In this document: one piece after another, positions 1 to 9,973 of the stretch
Layout of the letters: each line of letters starts with the position of its first letter
Numbering within the stretch: the stretch's first letter is position 1
Assembly (NCBI GenBank): GCA_963662615.2
Contig: CAXXSR010000001.1
Span: 1,376,001 to 1,440,000 of the forward strand
Reading direction: 5' to 3'
DNA length: 64,000 bases
From: Dehalococcoidia bacterium
Lineage (GTDB): Bacteria; Chloroflexota; Dehalococcoidia; Bin125
The notes under the pieces: generated by a model
Seen by the model: the letters and a program-made list of their open reading frames with translations, nothing else
Told to the model about the DNA's origin: nothing
The model's database searches: none
Position numbers and translations under genes: made by a program

Positions 1-1653
1 GGCGACGAGCCCGGCACGACCCGCGCCCTCACCTACCGCGCCCTCTACGAAGAGGTCTGCCGGCTCGGCAACGAGCTGCGCGCCCGCGGCATCCGTAAGG
101 GCGACCGGGTCGCCATCTACATGGGCATGGTGCCTGAGCTGGCCGTGGCCATGCTGGCCTGCGCCCGCATCGGCGCCATCCACTCCGTCATCTTCGGCGG
201 CTTCAGCCCCCAATCCATCGCCGACCGCATCAACGACTCTGCCTGCAAGGCCGTCATCACGCAGGACGAAGGCCGCCGCGGCGGGCGCCCCATCGCGCTC
301 AAGCGCAACGTTGACGAGGCCCTGGAGCAGACGTCCACGGTGGAGTTCGTCCTCGTCCTCAGCCGCACCGGCGCCGACGTCACGATGCGCGAGGGCCGGG
401 ACTTCTGGTGGTCCCAAACGGTCGCCACGCAGCCGCCGCAATGCGAACCAGAGGTCATGGACGCCGAGGACCCGCTCTTCATCCTCTACACCTCCGGCTC
501 CACTGGGCAGCCCAAGGGCGTCCTTCACACCCAGGCCGGCTACCTCCTCTTCGCCCTGGTCAGCCATCGCTACATCTTTGACTTGCGCGAAGACGACATC
601 TACTGCTGCGCCGCCGATTGCGGCTGGGTCACCGGCCACAGCTACATCGTCTACGGCCCCCTGGCCAACGGCGCCACCAGCGTGATGTTCGAGTCAATCC
701 CCACCTACCCGGACGCCGGCCGCTACTGGGACATGGTGGACCGCTTGGGCATCACCATCTTCTACACCGCCCCCACCGCCATTCGTGCCATCGCCCGTGA
801 GGGCGAACGCTTCGTGACCGCGCACAGCCGCCGCACCCTTCGCGTCCTCGGGACCGTGGGAGAGCCGATCAACCCTGAGGCCTGGCGCTGGTATTTCAAC
901 GTCGTCGGCGAGCGACGCTGCGCCATCGTCGACACCTACTGGCAGACCGAGACCGGCGGCATCATGATCACCGGCCTCCCCGGCGCTATCGACATGAAAC
1001 CCGGCTCCGCCTCCTTCCCCTTCTTCGGCGTCGTGCCCTGCCTCGTCGACGAGCGCGGCAACGAGATCGAAGGCACTGACGTCAGCGGCATCCTCTGCGT
1101 CAAGGCGTCCTGGCCCGGCATGATGCGCACCGTCTACGGCGACCACGATCGCTTCGTGCAGACCTACCTCGTGCAGTATCCCGGCAAGTACTTCACCGGC
1201 GACGGCGCCTACCGCGACGCCGACGGCTACTACTGGCTCACCGGACGCGTCGACGACGTCCTCAACGTCGCCGGCCATCGCATTGGCACCGCGGAGGTGG
1301 AAGGCGCCCTCGTGCAGCACGCCGCCTGCGCCGAGGCGGCGGTCGTCGGCTATCCCCACGAGATCAAAGGCGAGGGAATCTACGCCTACGTCCTCCTCAA
1401 TGAGGGCCACGGCCCCTCCGCTGAACTTGCCGCCGCGCTGCGACTGGGGGTTCGCAAAGCGATCGGCCCCATCGCCTCGCCGGACAAGCTCCAGTTCGTC
1501 GAAGGGCTGCCCAAGACGCGTTCGGGCAAGATCATGCGCCGCATCCTTCGCAAGATCGCCGAGGGCAATCCCGACGACGTAGGCGACGTCACGACCCTCG
1601 CCGAGCCCGCCGTCGTCGAGGCCATCGTCGCGGGCGCGGCCCAGGCACACTGA
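1..1653 (+). CDS. acs: Acetyl-CoA synthetase (5' end outside window)
   Basis: Frame open from base 1 ([12 protein letters not shown]...); motifs [35 protein letters not shown]. Confidence 0.97.
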   Translation, partial: GDEPGTTRALTYRALYEEVCRLGNELRARGIRKGDRVAIYMGMVPELAVAMLACARIGAIHSVIFGGFSPQSIADRINDSACKAVITQDEGRRGGRPIALKRNVDEALEQTSTVEFVLVLSRTGADVTMREGRDFWWSQTVATQPPQCEPEVMDAEDPLFILYTSGSTGQPKGVLHTQAGYLLFALVSHRYIFDLREDDIYCCAADCGWVTGHSYIVYGPLANGATSVMFESIPTYPDAGRYWDMVDRLGITIFYTAPTAIRAIAREGERFVTAHSRRTLRVLGTVGEPINPEAWRWYFNVVGERRCAIVDTYWQTETGGIMITGLPGAIDMKPGSASFPFFGVVPCLVDERGNEIEGTDVSGILCVKASWPGMMRTVYGDHDRFVQTYLVQYPGKYFTGDGAYRDADGYYWLTGRVDDVLNVAGHRIGTAEVEGALVQHAACAEAAVVGYPHEIKGEGIYAYVLLNEGHGPSAELAAALRLGVRKAIGPIASPDKLQFVEGLPKTRSGKIMRRILRKIAEGNPDDVGDVTTLAEPAVVEAIVAGAAQAH

Positions 1654-1688
1654 CCGCCGTCGCCAGAAAGGATCGGAGCGTCCCCTCC

Positions 1689-2108
1689 ATGACCACTGGC
1701 GCCACATTCTGCCTCACCTGCGCAACGGAACTCACCCAGGGCGCGCGCTTTTGCTCGCACTGCGGAGCGGAACAGCACGCCGATCCACGAATGCAGAGAG
1801 TTACCGGCGCGACTGCGATCGCCCTCTCGGCCATGCTGGGCGTCCTGGGGATGATCTTCATCGCCGGGGCTGTCGGCGTCTGGGATGCCGTCTCGGGCAG
1901 CGACGAAAATCAGGACACGGTGGCTGCCATCTTCGCCGCCCTGGCGCTCACGGTGGCGGCCCTGGGCGTTGTCGCCGGCGACGTCGCCTTCGTCAACTAC
2001 CTGCGCAACCGCGGCGCCCACGACTGGGCCTGGTGGTCCCAGTTAGTCATCGTTCCCGTCTGGCTCTTCGTCCTGCTCGCTGTGGCCCTTGGCGTTACCG
2101 GCAATTAG
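1689..2108 (+). CDS. Zinc-ribbon membrane protein, hypothetical
   Basis: CLTC...GARFCSHCG N-terminus followed by about 3 hydrophobic segments. Confidence 0.7.
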   Translation: MTTGATFCLTCATELTQGARFCSHCGAEQHADPRMQRVTGATAIALSAMLGVLGMIFIAGAVGVWDAVSGSDENQDTVAAIFAALALTVAALGVVAGDVAFVNYLRNRGAHDWAWWSQLVIVPVWLFVLLAVALGVTGN

Positions 2109-2277
2109 GACAGCGGCCGACTCCGGCGCAGCCTTCGCCCTGCGCCTGCAAGCCGGCGCTCGCCCAGCCGTCCGCGCCCCCGTGCGGACGATTGCAAGGC
2201 TGCGCCCGCTGTGGCCGTCACGGCCGCGTATAATCGCCGTCCATGTCGTAGCGGATGTCCCCCATGGAAGGCGCGCC

Positions 2278-3243
2278 ATGAAGGTCTACGTCACTCGCAA
2301 GCTCTCCGGCGACAGCCTTGCGCGGCTGCAGAGCGAGCCGGATCTCGAAGTGACCGTCTGGAACCAAGAAGCGCCTCCCCCACCCCACGATTTGCACCGC
2401 GCGGTGCGCGGCCTCCACGGCCTCCTCTGCCTCGTCACGGACCGGATCGACGCCGCCCTCTTGGACGCCGCCGGGCCCCAGCTCAAGGTCGTCTCTCAGA
2501 TGGCCGTCGGCGTCAATAACGTCGACGTGGCCGCCTGTGCCGCACGCGGCGTCGCCGTCGGCAACACCCCCGGCGTCCTCACCGAGACGACCGCCGACCT
2601 CGCCTTCGCCCTCATGCTCGCCGCCGCTCGACGGTTGCTGGAGGCGGCGGACTACGTGCGCAAGGGCGACTGGACCTTCTGGTCGCCCACAACGCTGCTC
2701 GGCGTCGACGTCTACGGCGCCACCCTCGGGATCGTCGGCCTCGGTGCTACCGGCCAGGAGATGGCCCGGCGCGCGGCCGGCTTCGACATGCGCGTGCTCT
2801 ACTGGTCGCGCCGGGAGAAGCCCGAGATCGCGCAAGGGCTGGGCGCCACCTACCGCCCACTCCCCGATCTGCTCGCCACCGCCGACTTCGTCAGCCTCCA
2901 CGTCGCGCTCACCCCGGAGACCCACCATCTCATCGACGCTGCCGCGTTGGCGCGCATGCCCCCCCACGCGATCCTGATCAACACGGCCCGGGGCGACGTA
3001 GTAGATGAGGCCGCGCTGATCGCGGCGCTCCGCAGCGGCCAGATCGCCGCCGCCGGCCTTGACGTCACCGCCGTGGAACCGGTCCCCCTCAACAACCCCC
3101 TACTACTACTGCCCAACGCCATTGTGCTACCGCACATCGGCTCGGCCAGCCGGGCCACACGAACCAAGATGGCGGACATGGCCGTCGCCAACTTGCTCGC
3201 CGGGCTCCACGACCAGCCGCTGCCGCACGCCGTCCGCGCCTAA
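2278..3243 (+). CDS. D-2-hydroxyacid dehydrogenase (glyoxylate reductase/D-glycerate dehydrogenase family)
   Basis: MKVYVTR start; NTPGVLTETTAD, GIVGLG, INTARG, LDV..EP, PHIGSA; TATAAT at 2229-2234. Confidence 0.93.
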   Translation: MKVYVTRKLSGDSLARLQSEPDLEVTVWNQEAPPPPHDLHRAVRGLHGLLCLVTDRIDAALLDAAGPQLKVVSQMAVGVNNVDVAACAARGVAVGNTPGVLTETTADLAFALMLAAARRLLEAADYVRKGDWTFWSPTTLLGVDVYGATLGIVGLGATGQEMARRAAGFDMRVLYWSRREKPEIAQGLGATYRPLPDLLATADFVSLHVALTPETHHLIDAAALARMPPHAILINTARGDVVDEAALIAALRSGQIAAAGLDVTAVEPVPLNNPLLLLPNAIVLPHIGSASRATRTKMADMAVANLLAGLHDQPLPHAVRA

Positions 3244-3294
3244 CCCCTGCGCACTGACACCCCCGCGACGCGCCCGCACGCCCGAGCCCGCGCG

Positions 3295-3324
3295 TTGACG
3301 CGCTCTTCCCGGCGCTCATAGGAT
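3295..3324 (+). promoter_or_regulatory. sigma70-like promoter
   Basis: TTGACG-N18-TAGGAT upstream of the PRTase; similar motif at 25388. Confidence 0.5.
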
Positions 3325-3396
3325 GCGAACCAATAGCGCAGCGCCGCACGCTCCTCTCGTCGCCGCTTCTCGAAAGGGAGAATGAGGCCCCGCGAG

Positions 3397-4047
3397 ATGC
3401 CCTCCGCGGACCCCGACCCCGGCAATCTCTGGCTCGCCCGGGCGCTCTGGGATTGCGGCGCGGTGCGCTTCGGCGATTTCAACATCGGCCAGACCGTGGC
3501 CTCGCCCATCTACATCAATGCGCGCCGCATCGTCAGCAATCCCCGCGCGCTCCGTCGCATTGGCAATCTGCTCACGGAAGAGACCTCGACCCTGGCCGGG
3601 ATGATGCACCCGCACATCGCCCCATTCGAACTGATCGCCGGCGTCCCCGTGGGCGGCCTCCACGTCGCCACCACCTTCTCACTCGCCGCTGACATCCCCC
3701 TGATCTATCCCAACCCCCGCCGGCGTGAGCACGAGGTGTACGAAGAGATTGAGGGCTCCTATTTTCCCGGCCAGACGGTGCTCTTGCTGGACGACCTGAT
3801 CACCGGCGGCACCAGCATCGTGGAGACCGCCGACATGCTGCGCGAGGCCGGCCTCAAGGTGCATGACGCCGTCGTCCTCCTCGACCGGCAGGCGGGCGGC
3901 AGCCGCCGCCTCAAGCAGCACGGAATTACCCTGCACCCGCTCCTCACCCTGGAGACGCTGCTCAATCATCTGGTCCTGCGGGAGTACATCACGCAGGCCC
4001 AGTACGCGCAGTGCCTCGCCTACATCACCGGCTCCGCCGGCGAGTGA
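3397..4047 (+). CDS. pyrE: Orotate phosphoribosyltransferase-like type I PRTase (divergent)
   Basis: FGDF..SPIYIN, PRPP-binding LLDDLITGGTS, VLLDRQAGG; alternative start 3382. Confidence 0.7.
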   Translation: MPSADPDPGNLWLARALWDCGAVRFGDFNIGQTVASPIYINARRIVSNPRALRRIGNLLTEETSTLAGMMHPHIAPFELIAGVPVGGLHVATTFSLAADIPLIYPNPRRREHEVYEEIEGSYFPGQTVLLLDDLITGGTSIVETADMLREAGLKVHDAVVLLDRQAGGSRRLKQHGITLHPLLTLETLLNHLVLREYITQAQYAQCLAYITGSAGE

Positions 4048-4083
4048 GGCCCGGCGCACCCACGGCAACCACGCCGCGAAGCG

Positions 4084-4299
4084 TTAGAGCAATCGCCGGA
4101 TCGGCTTGCGGCCCGGGCGCGGGTCGTAGTTCGCCTTGAACATCTCCAACTTGTCCCGTTCAATCAGGTACTTCCCCGCGAAGATCGTTGCCGGGACTTT
4201 CTTTTGTTTGATCAAGCGGCGCAGGCTTTGCGGATGGATCGAGAGTTCCCGCGCCGCTTCCACCAAGTCCAAAAAGTTGTCGAAGGGACTCTGTACCAT
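4084..4299 (-). CDS. Excisionase-like/HTH_17 DNA-binding protein
   Basis: LDLVEAARELSIHPQSLRRLIKQKKVPA..GKYLI winged-HTH pattern; AGGAGG RBS. Confidence 0.85.
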   Translation of the reverse strand: MVQSPFDNFLDLVEAARELSIHPQSLRRLIKQKKVPATIFAGKYLIERDKLEMFKANYDPRPGRKPIRRLL

Positions 4300-4473
4300 C
4301 CGCCGACCGCCCTCCTATCGCTAAACTGCATACGCAAATATAACGGCAGCCCTTCGGGCGGTCAAAGCGACCGCTCCCGGCTCGCCCCCATCCGCAATCC
4401 GGGGAACAATGGTCGTGTTGGGGGGCGCGCACTAGGGCCGCCGGTCCCAGTTTAGAGAGAGGAGGGGCCCACT

Positions 4474-5163
4474 CTGCCGCATCCCATCATCGCCACGGCC
4501 CGCTCGCAGGGCCGTTCCCTCCTCACTGAAGTGGAGGCGAATGCCCTCCTGGCGGAGGGGGGCATCCCCGTGATCCCCACGGCGTTGGCGCGGGACCCTG
4601 AGGAGGCGATACACCTCGCCGACACCTTCGGCTACCCGGTGGTCCTGAAGCTGGCGGCCGCGTCCATCACGCACAAGAGCGACGTTGGCGGCGTCGCCCT
4701 GAATCTTGCCAACGCCGACGCCGTGCACGACGCCTTCCACCGCATCCGATCCGCTGCCCTGGCCGCAGCGCCCGACGCAGCCGTCCAGGGAGTCTCCGTC
4801 CAGCCCCTGGCCCGCCCCGGCACGGAGGTGATCATTGGCCTGACCCAGGACCCGCAATTTGGACCCGTCCTCATGTTCGGCCTGGGCGGCGTGCTGGTGG
4901 AAGCGCTCAAAGACGTCGCCTTCCGCATCGTCCCGCTCGACTCGCGTGATGCCCGCCAGATGATCGGCGAGATTCAGGCCTTCCCTCTTTTGCAGGGGTA
5001 CCGCGGCGCCCCGCCCGCCGACCTCGACGCGCTGGAAGCGTTACTGCTCAAGCTCTCGGCCTTCGCCCAGGCGCACCCGGAGATTCGGGAGCTGGACTTG
5101 AACCCCGTCGTCGCCCACGCCCACGGCGCCACCGCCGTCGATGTCAGCATCGTGCTCTCCTAG
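4474..5163 (+). CDS. ADP-forming acyl-CoA ligase, beta (ATP-grasp) subunit; probable CTG start
   Basis: GYPVVLK, HKSDVGGV, DPQFGPVLMFGLGG, ELDLNP; GGAGG at 4461-4465 precedes in-frame CTG 4474. Confidence 0.9.
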   Translation: MPHPIIATARSQGRSLLTEVEANALLAEGGIPVIPTALARDPEEAIHLADTFGYPVVLKLAAASITHKSDVGGVALNLANADAVHDAFHRIRSAALAAAPDAAVQGVSVQPLARPGTEVIIGLTQDPQFGPVLMFGLGGVLVEALKDVAFRIVPLDSRDARQMIGEIQAFPLLQGYRGAPPADLDALEALLLKLSAFAQAHPEIRELDLNPVVAHAHGATAVDVSIVLS

Positions 5164-5241
5164 CGAGGAAACCTAGCCAGGGAGTGGCCGTGCCTCTCGC
5201 CCGAACGCAACGCCTCACCCGTCATCGCGGAGCTGGCCTCC

Positions 5242-6633
5242 ATGCCTGAGCTTCTGCAGCGGCTGCAGCGCCTCCTCAATCCTCGCGTCGTCGCCGTCGT
5301 CGGCGATCAGCGGGCCAGCGGCTATCGCTGGTTGGAGAGTCTCCAGACCTTTCACGGCCGTCTCTACTCCGTGCAGGGGGACGCGGCGGAGATCCCCGGC
5401 ATTCAGGAGCGGGGCATCGAAAACGTCGCTGGCATCGCCGAGATCCCGGAGCCGGTGGACTACGTCGTTTGCGCCGTCCCCCCCGAGACCGCGCCCGCCA
5501 TCGTCAGGGACTGCATTCAGGCCCACGTCGGCGGCGTCGCCCTCTGCACCGCCGGCTTCGCCGAAACGGCCGACGATGTCGGCATCCGTCTCCAGGACGA
5601 GATCGTGGCCCTCGCGCGCCGGGGCGGCCTCCCCCTCCTCGGTCCCAACTGCCTGGGCCTCCACATCCCCCGGCTGGGCCTGCGCTTCTCGCCGCAGCAG
5701 CCCCATGGCCCCAGCGGCAGCGTGGGCTTCATCACGCAGAGCGGATCGCACGGCCTACACTTCAGTCTTGAAGCAGCAGCCGGCGGCGTCTATTGCAGCG
5801 CGCTGATCGCCTACGGCAACGGCGGCGTGTTGGAGGCCGCCGACTTCCTGGACGTCCTCGCCCGCGACGCCGACACGCGCGTCATCGGCCTCTACATCGA
5901 GGGAACCCGCGACGGACGCCGCCTCCTTGCCGCCCTCCGCTCCGCCGCCCAGCGCAAGCCGGTCATCGTCTGGAAGGGTGGCCAGACGGAGGCCGGCGCC
6001 CGCGCCGCGCTCGCGCACACCGCTTCGCCGGCGGGCAACCGGGCGCTTTGGGAGGCGGCGCTCAAGCAGGCCGGCGCCGTCGCCGTGGAGGGCCTGGACG
6101 AAATGCTTGACGTTGTCCAGACCGTCCTGCTCAGCAAGCCCGCGGCCGGCTCTGGCATCGCGCTCCTCGCGCTGTCCGGCGGCGCCGCGGTGGCCATGGC
6201 GGACGCTTTCGCCAAAGCGGGCTGGAACGTCCCCGTCCTCGACGTCCCCGTCCTCGACGCCACCGCTGGATCTCGCCAAAATCCGCTCGACCTCGGCCCC
6301 GTCATCGGCCCCGACCCCACCTCCCTGCCCCGCTTGCTCCACGACCTCGATCGCGACCCTAACGTCCACGCCCTCGCACTCGATCTCTCCCTCGCCGGCA
6401 GGGACCGAACCGGGGCCGGCGCCCCCACGGACCTTGAGGCGCTCCTTGACGCGCTCCAGCGCTTCGCCGCGCGCTCGCCCAAACCACTCGTTGCCATCGT
6501 CCCTCCGGCCCATCTGGACGCCGGCTCCGCCCCCCTGCGCCAAATGCTGCAAGAACGCCGCATCCCCTTCTTTCCCACCGTCGCCCGCGCTGCGACCGCG
6601 CTCGCCAAGGCCACGGCAGCGCGCGCGCCCTGA
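5242..6633 (+). CDS. ADP-forming acyl-CoA ligase, alpha (CoA-binding) subunit
   Basis: LLNPRVVAVVG, GPNCLG, TQSG, LYIEG, phospho-His motif AHTAS, NPLDL. Confidence 0.88.
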   Translation: MPELLQRLQRLLNPRVVAVVGDQRASGYRWLESLQTFHGRLYSVQGDAAEIPGIQERGIENVAGIAEIPEPVDYVVCAVPPETAPAIVRDCIQAHVGGVALCTAGFAETADDVGIRLQDEIVALARRGGLPLLGPNCLGLHIPRLGLRFSPQQPHGPSGSVGFITQSGSHGLHFSLEAAAGGVYCSALIAYGNGGVLEAADFLDVLARDADTRVIGLYIEGTRDGRRLLAALRSAAQRKPVIVWKGGQTEAGARAALAHTASPAGNRALWEAALKQAGAVAVEGLDEMLDVVQTVLLSKPAAGSGIALLALSGGAAVAMADAFAKAGWNVPVLDVPVLDATAGSRQNPLDLGPVIGPDPTSLPRLLHDLDRDPNVHALALDLSLAGRDRTGAGAPTDLEALLDALQRFAARSPKPLVAIVPPAHLDAGSAPLRQMLQERRIPFFPTVARAATALAKATAARAP

Positions 6634-6748
6634 GCCACCCGTTCTCCCTCCGAGCGCGCCGCATGTGCGACACTGCCCTCCGCGACGCTCCGTCACTTCC
6701 GCGGCATCGCGGACGGTCAACGACGGAGAAGGGCGGGGAGCAGCGGCC

Positions 6749-7945
6749 ATGCGCAACGGCGTGATCTACATGGACCACGCGGCAACCACGCCCGTCCATC
6801 CGGACGTGCTCCGCGCCATGGCGCCGTATCACGCGGATCGCTTCGGCAATCCCAGCAGCCTGCATCGTCTCGGCCGCGAGGCGGAAGCCGCCGTCGATCG
6901 CGCCCGCGAGACCGTGGCCGGCCTCCTCAATGCCCGCGCCAACGAGCTAATCTTCACCAGCGGCGGCTCCGAGTCCATCAACACCGCCCTCAAGGGGGTC
7001 GCCTTCGCGCAGCAGTTCGCCGGCGTCGGCCGCCGCATCGTCTCCACGGCCATGGAACACCACGCCGTCCTCCACTGCCTCGACTACCTCGAACGCTTCG
7101 GCTTCGAGATCGTGCGCATCCCGCCCGACTCCGACGGTGGCATCAACCCCGACGATGTCGCCCAGGCCGTCGACGCCGAGACCGTCCTGGTCAGCGTCAT
7201 GTACGCCAATAACGAGGTCGGCGCCATCCAACCGCTCGCCGCCATCGCCGAGGCGCTGCGACGGCGCGGGGCCGAGCTGGAGCGCCACATCCCCCTCCAC
7301 GCCGATGCCGTCCAGGCGCCCGGCCAGCTCCCCATCGACGTCCAGGAGCTGGAAGTCGATCTCCTCAGCATCTCCGCGCATAAGTTTCGCGGGCCCAAGG
7401 GCAGCGGCGCCCTCTACCTGCGGCGCGGCACCCCCTTCCTGGCCCAGCAGGTCGGCGGCGGCCAGGAGCGCAACCGCCGCGCCGGCACGGAAAATGTCGC
7501 CGGCATCGTCGGCCTTGCGGAAGCGCTCTGGCTGGCCGAGCAACAACGCCAGGCCTTCGCCCTCCACACCCGCGCCCTCCGCGACCGCTTCTTTGAGCGC
7601 CTGCAGCAAGACATCCCCGGCGCCGTCCCCAACGGCCGCCTCTCCGAGCGCCTGCCCAACAACGCCAACGTCCGCTTCGCCGGGGTCAACGGCCAGGACC
7701 TCCTGGAGGCGCTGGATGCGGTCGGCGTCGCCGCCTCCAGCGGCAGCGCCTGCACCACCTCGGCTTGGGAGCCCAGTCATGTGCTGATCGCCATGGGGGC
7801 GGACCAGGACGCCGCCTCCGGCAGCCTCCGTTGCACCTTCGGCCTCGACAACACGGCGGCCGAAGTCGATACCGTCGTCGAGCACCTGCGCGAGATCGTG
7901 CCCCAACTCCGACACCAGGCCTCCCCCGTCGGCAGCCACGCCTAG
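6749..7945 (+). CDS. iscS: Cysteine desulfurase (IscS/NifS)
   Basis: IYMDHAATTP, GNPSSLH, PLP Lys SAHKFRGPKG, RAGTEN, catalytic SSGSAC. Confidence 0.95.
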   Translation: MRNGVIYMDHAATTPVHPDVLRAMAPYHADRFGNPSSLHRLGREAEAAVDRARETVAGLLNARANELIFTSGGSESINTALKGVAFAQQFAGVGRRIVSTAMEHHAVLHCLDYLERFGFEIVRIPPDSDGGINPDDVAQAVDAETVLVSVMYANNEVGAIQPLAAIAEALRRRGAELERHIPLHADAVQAPGQLPIDVQELEVDLLSISAHKFRGPKGSGALYLRRGTPFLAQQVGGGQERNRRAGTENVAGIVGLAEALWLAEQQRQAFALHTRALRDRFFERLQQDIPGAVPNGRLSERLPNNANVRFAGVNGQDLLEALDAVGVAASSGSACTTSAWEPSHVLIAMGADQDAASGSLRCTFGLDNTAAEVDTVVEHLREIVPQLRHQASPVGSHA

Positions 7946-7958
7946 CCCGGCGACGATC

Positions 7959-9053
7959 GTGCCCGCCAACGACCCCCCCACAGAGAACCGCCCCACCGAG
8001 AACCGCCCCCCTGAGAACGACCCCACCGCGAGCCGGCCCTTCCTTGACGAACTGCATGCCGCACTCACTGCCCCACAACAGCGCCCCCAGGACCGCGTTA
8101 GCGATGAGGGAGCGTACCCCCCCGCGCAGCGACGCCTCCGCTCCCTGCTGGAGGAGGTGCGCTCCGCCCGGCCGCAGGCACAGCTTGAGGCCGGCAGCGC
8201 CGCCGCCGTCCGCGACGCCTTGCAGCGCCTCGCCGGCATCGCGATGGCCTACGACGCCGACGGGATCGAGCGGCGTGCGGCCGATACCTACGCCGCCCCC
8301 GCCGCCCTCCGCGCCGACCTCGACCTCTTCTTGGCCCTCACGGCCGCGCCCGACCCCGCCCGCCGGCTCCTGACCATGCAGACGTACGTACGGCGCGCCC
8401 CCGTCCCGGAGACCCCCGAGCGCGTGGACCTGGGCGAACTCGCCATCGATCGGCGCTTGGTGCTACAGCGCCTCGCCATGAACGTCGCGCTCACCGCTCC
8501 GCATCAAATCGACGAACTCAGTGCGAACTTTGACATCTTCCGTCAGCGCTATGAGCGCGCCTGCCGTGAGCACCACCGGCGCTTCCATGCGGACGTCCGC
8601 GCGCTCCGCCGCACCCTCGATTCCCACCGCGCCCATCTCGACGCGCTGGCCCTCCTCAACGCCATCGGCGAACTCGGCGCAGCCGCCGGCAGCGCCTTGC
8701 GCCAGGAGTGGGACGCGCTCCGGCTCTCCCTGACAAGCTGTGACGTCAACGACGCCGATCTCACCACCGCCCTCCAGCACGACCCCGTCTGCCCCGCCTG
8801 CGATCTCACCCTCGGCGACGGCGCGCCCGCCGCCGATGTCGATCGCTGGGTGGACGAATGCCGCGCCGCCATTCGCACCAAACAGCGCCGCTTGGCAGGC
8901 GCAATGGTCGCGCGCGCCATCGCCGAGACGCACCGCCCCACGTTCGACCGCTTCCTCCGCGCCGTGCAGGCCAGTGACATCGCCCCCCTGGTCGAGGTCA
9001 TGGACGATGGCGTCGCCCAACTGATCCGGCAACTCCTTGCGCGGGACGCATAG
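7959..9053 (+). CDS. Hypothetical helical protein with C..CPAC metal site
   Basis: Operon position between iscS and pth; typical codon usage; N-terminal PTENR repeats. Confidence 0.7.
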   Translation: MPANDPPTENRPTENRPPENDPTASRPFLDELHAALTAPQQRPQDRVSDEGAYPPAQRRLRSLLEEVRSARPQAQLEAGSAAAVRDALQRLAGIAMAYDADGIERRAADTYAAPAALRADLDLFLALTAAPDPARRLLTMQTYVRRAPVPETPERVDLGELAIDRRLVLQRLAMNVALTAPHQIDELSANFDIFRQRYERACREHHRRFHADVRALRRTLDSHRAHLDALALLNAIGELGAAAGSALRQEWDALRLSLTSCDVNDADLTTALQHDPVCPACDLTLGDGAPAADVDRWVDECRAAIRTKQRRLAGAMVARAIAETHRPTFDRFLRAVQASDIAPLVEVMDDGVAQLIRQLLARDA

Positions 9054-9065
9054 GGGCCGGCACGG

Positions 9066-9725
9066 ATGCCAAAACTCCCCTTCTCCCGGCACATCCGTCG
9101 CCGCCCGCCGTCACTGCCCCACGCGCGCATCATTGTGGGCTTAGGCAACCCGGGCGCAAGCTACGCCGGTCATCGCCACAACGTCGGCGCCCGCGCCGTT
9201 GAACAGGTCGGCTCCGTACTCAACCTTCCCCTCAACCAGAAGAGCAAGCTGGCCCTGGTCGGATCAGGCGTCACGGCCTACGGCCCCGTCGTCGTGGCGC
9301 GCCCCCGCACCTTCATGAATGAGAGCGGGCGCGCCCTGCAGTCCCTGCTCAACCGCTACAGCGCCACCCCCCAACGGCTCATTCTCATCGTCGATGACCT
9401 GGATCTGGAGGTCGGCCGCGTCCGCGTGCGCCCCAGCGGAGGCCATGGCGGCCAGAAAGGCATGCGCTCCATCCATGAGATTGTCGGTTCCCTGGACTTC
9501 CCCCGCGTGCGCATCGGCATCGGCCGGCCCTACGTCAACGACGCGCCCTCCTACCACCCGGACGTCGTCGCTGATCATGTCCTCGCCGACCCGATCCCCG
9601 GAGAAGCGGAAGCCCTGCAAGAGGCGGTCCGCCGCGCCGCTGACGCCGTCATCGCCATCCTCCGCGACGGCGTTGAGGCGGCCATGAACGAGTTCAACGC
9701 GGACCAGCCCCAGGCCCCCTCCTGA
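9066..9725 (+). CDS. pth: Peptidyl-tRNA hydrolase
   Basis: IIVGLGNPG..Y..RHNVG, TFMNESG, DDLDL, GGHGG, RVRIGIGRP. Confidence 0.97.
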   Translation: MPKLPFSRHIRRRPPSLPHARIIVGLGNPGASYAGHRHNVGARAVEQVGSVLNLPLNQKSKLALVGSGVTAYGPVVVARPRTFMNESGRALQSLLNRYSATPQRLILIVDDLDLEVGRVRVRPSGGHGGQKGMRSIHEIVGSLDFPRVRIGIGRPYVNDAPSYHPDVVADHVLADPIPGEAEALQEAVRRAADAVIAILRDGVEAAMNEFNADQPQAPS

Positions 9726-9973
9726 GTCTGATCGCACCGCGCCGACAGCAGCCGCACCTGCCCCTACACTAGATTCAAGGCGTCGCGGCGGCCGCGGACT
9801 TAGCGGCGGGGGAGCGCAACGCGGCACGAACGGCTGGCGCCGCCGCGATCAGGGAAAAAGGGACGGGCCGCAAGGGCCGGTCCCTTCTTGGCGTTGCGCA
9901 GCCGGCCACTGTGCCGCCGGCCATTGTGCAGCCGGACGGGCGCCGCGCCTTGACGGCAGGGGAGGGGACGGGC

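Noticed and set aside
4084-4299. Prophage excisionase
   Set aside because: No integrase or phage genes nearby; sits among housekeeping genes
5927-6748. N-terminal extension of iscS; likewise extensions at 2089, 16643, 36105 and 61955
   Set aside because: Overlap upstream genes or repeats; recognisable homology starts at downstream start codons
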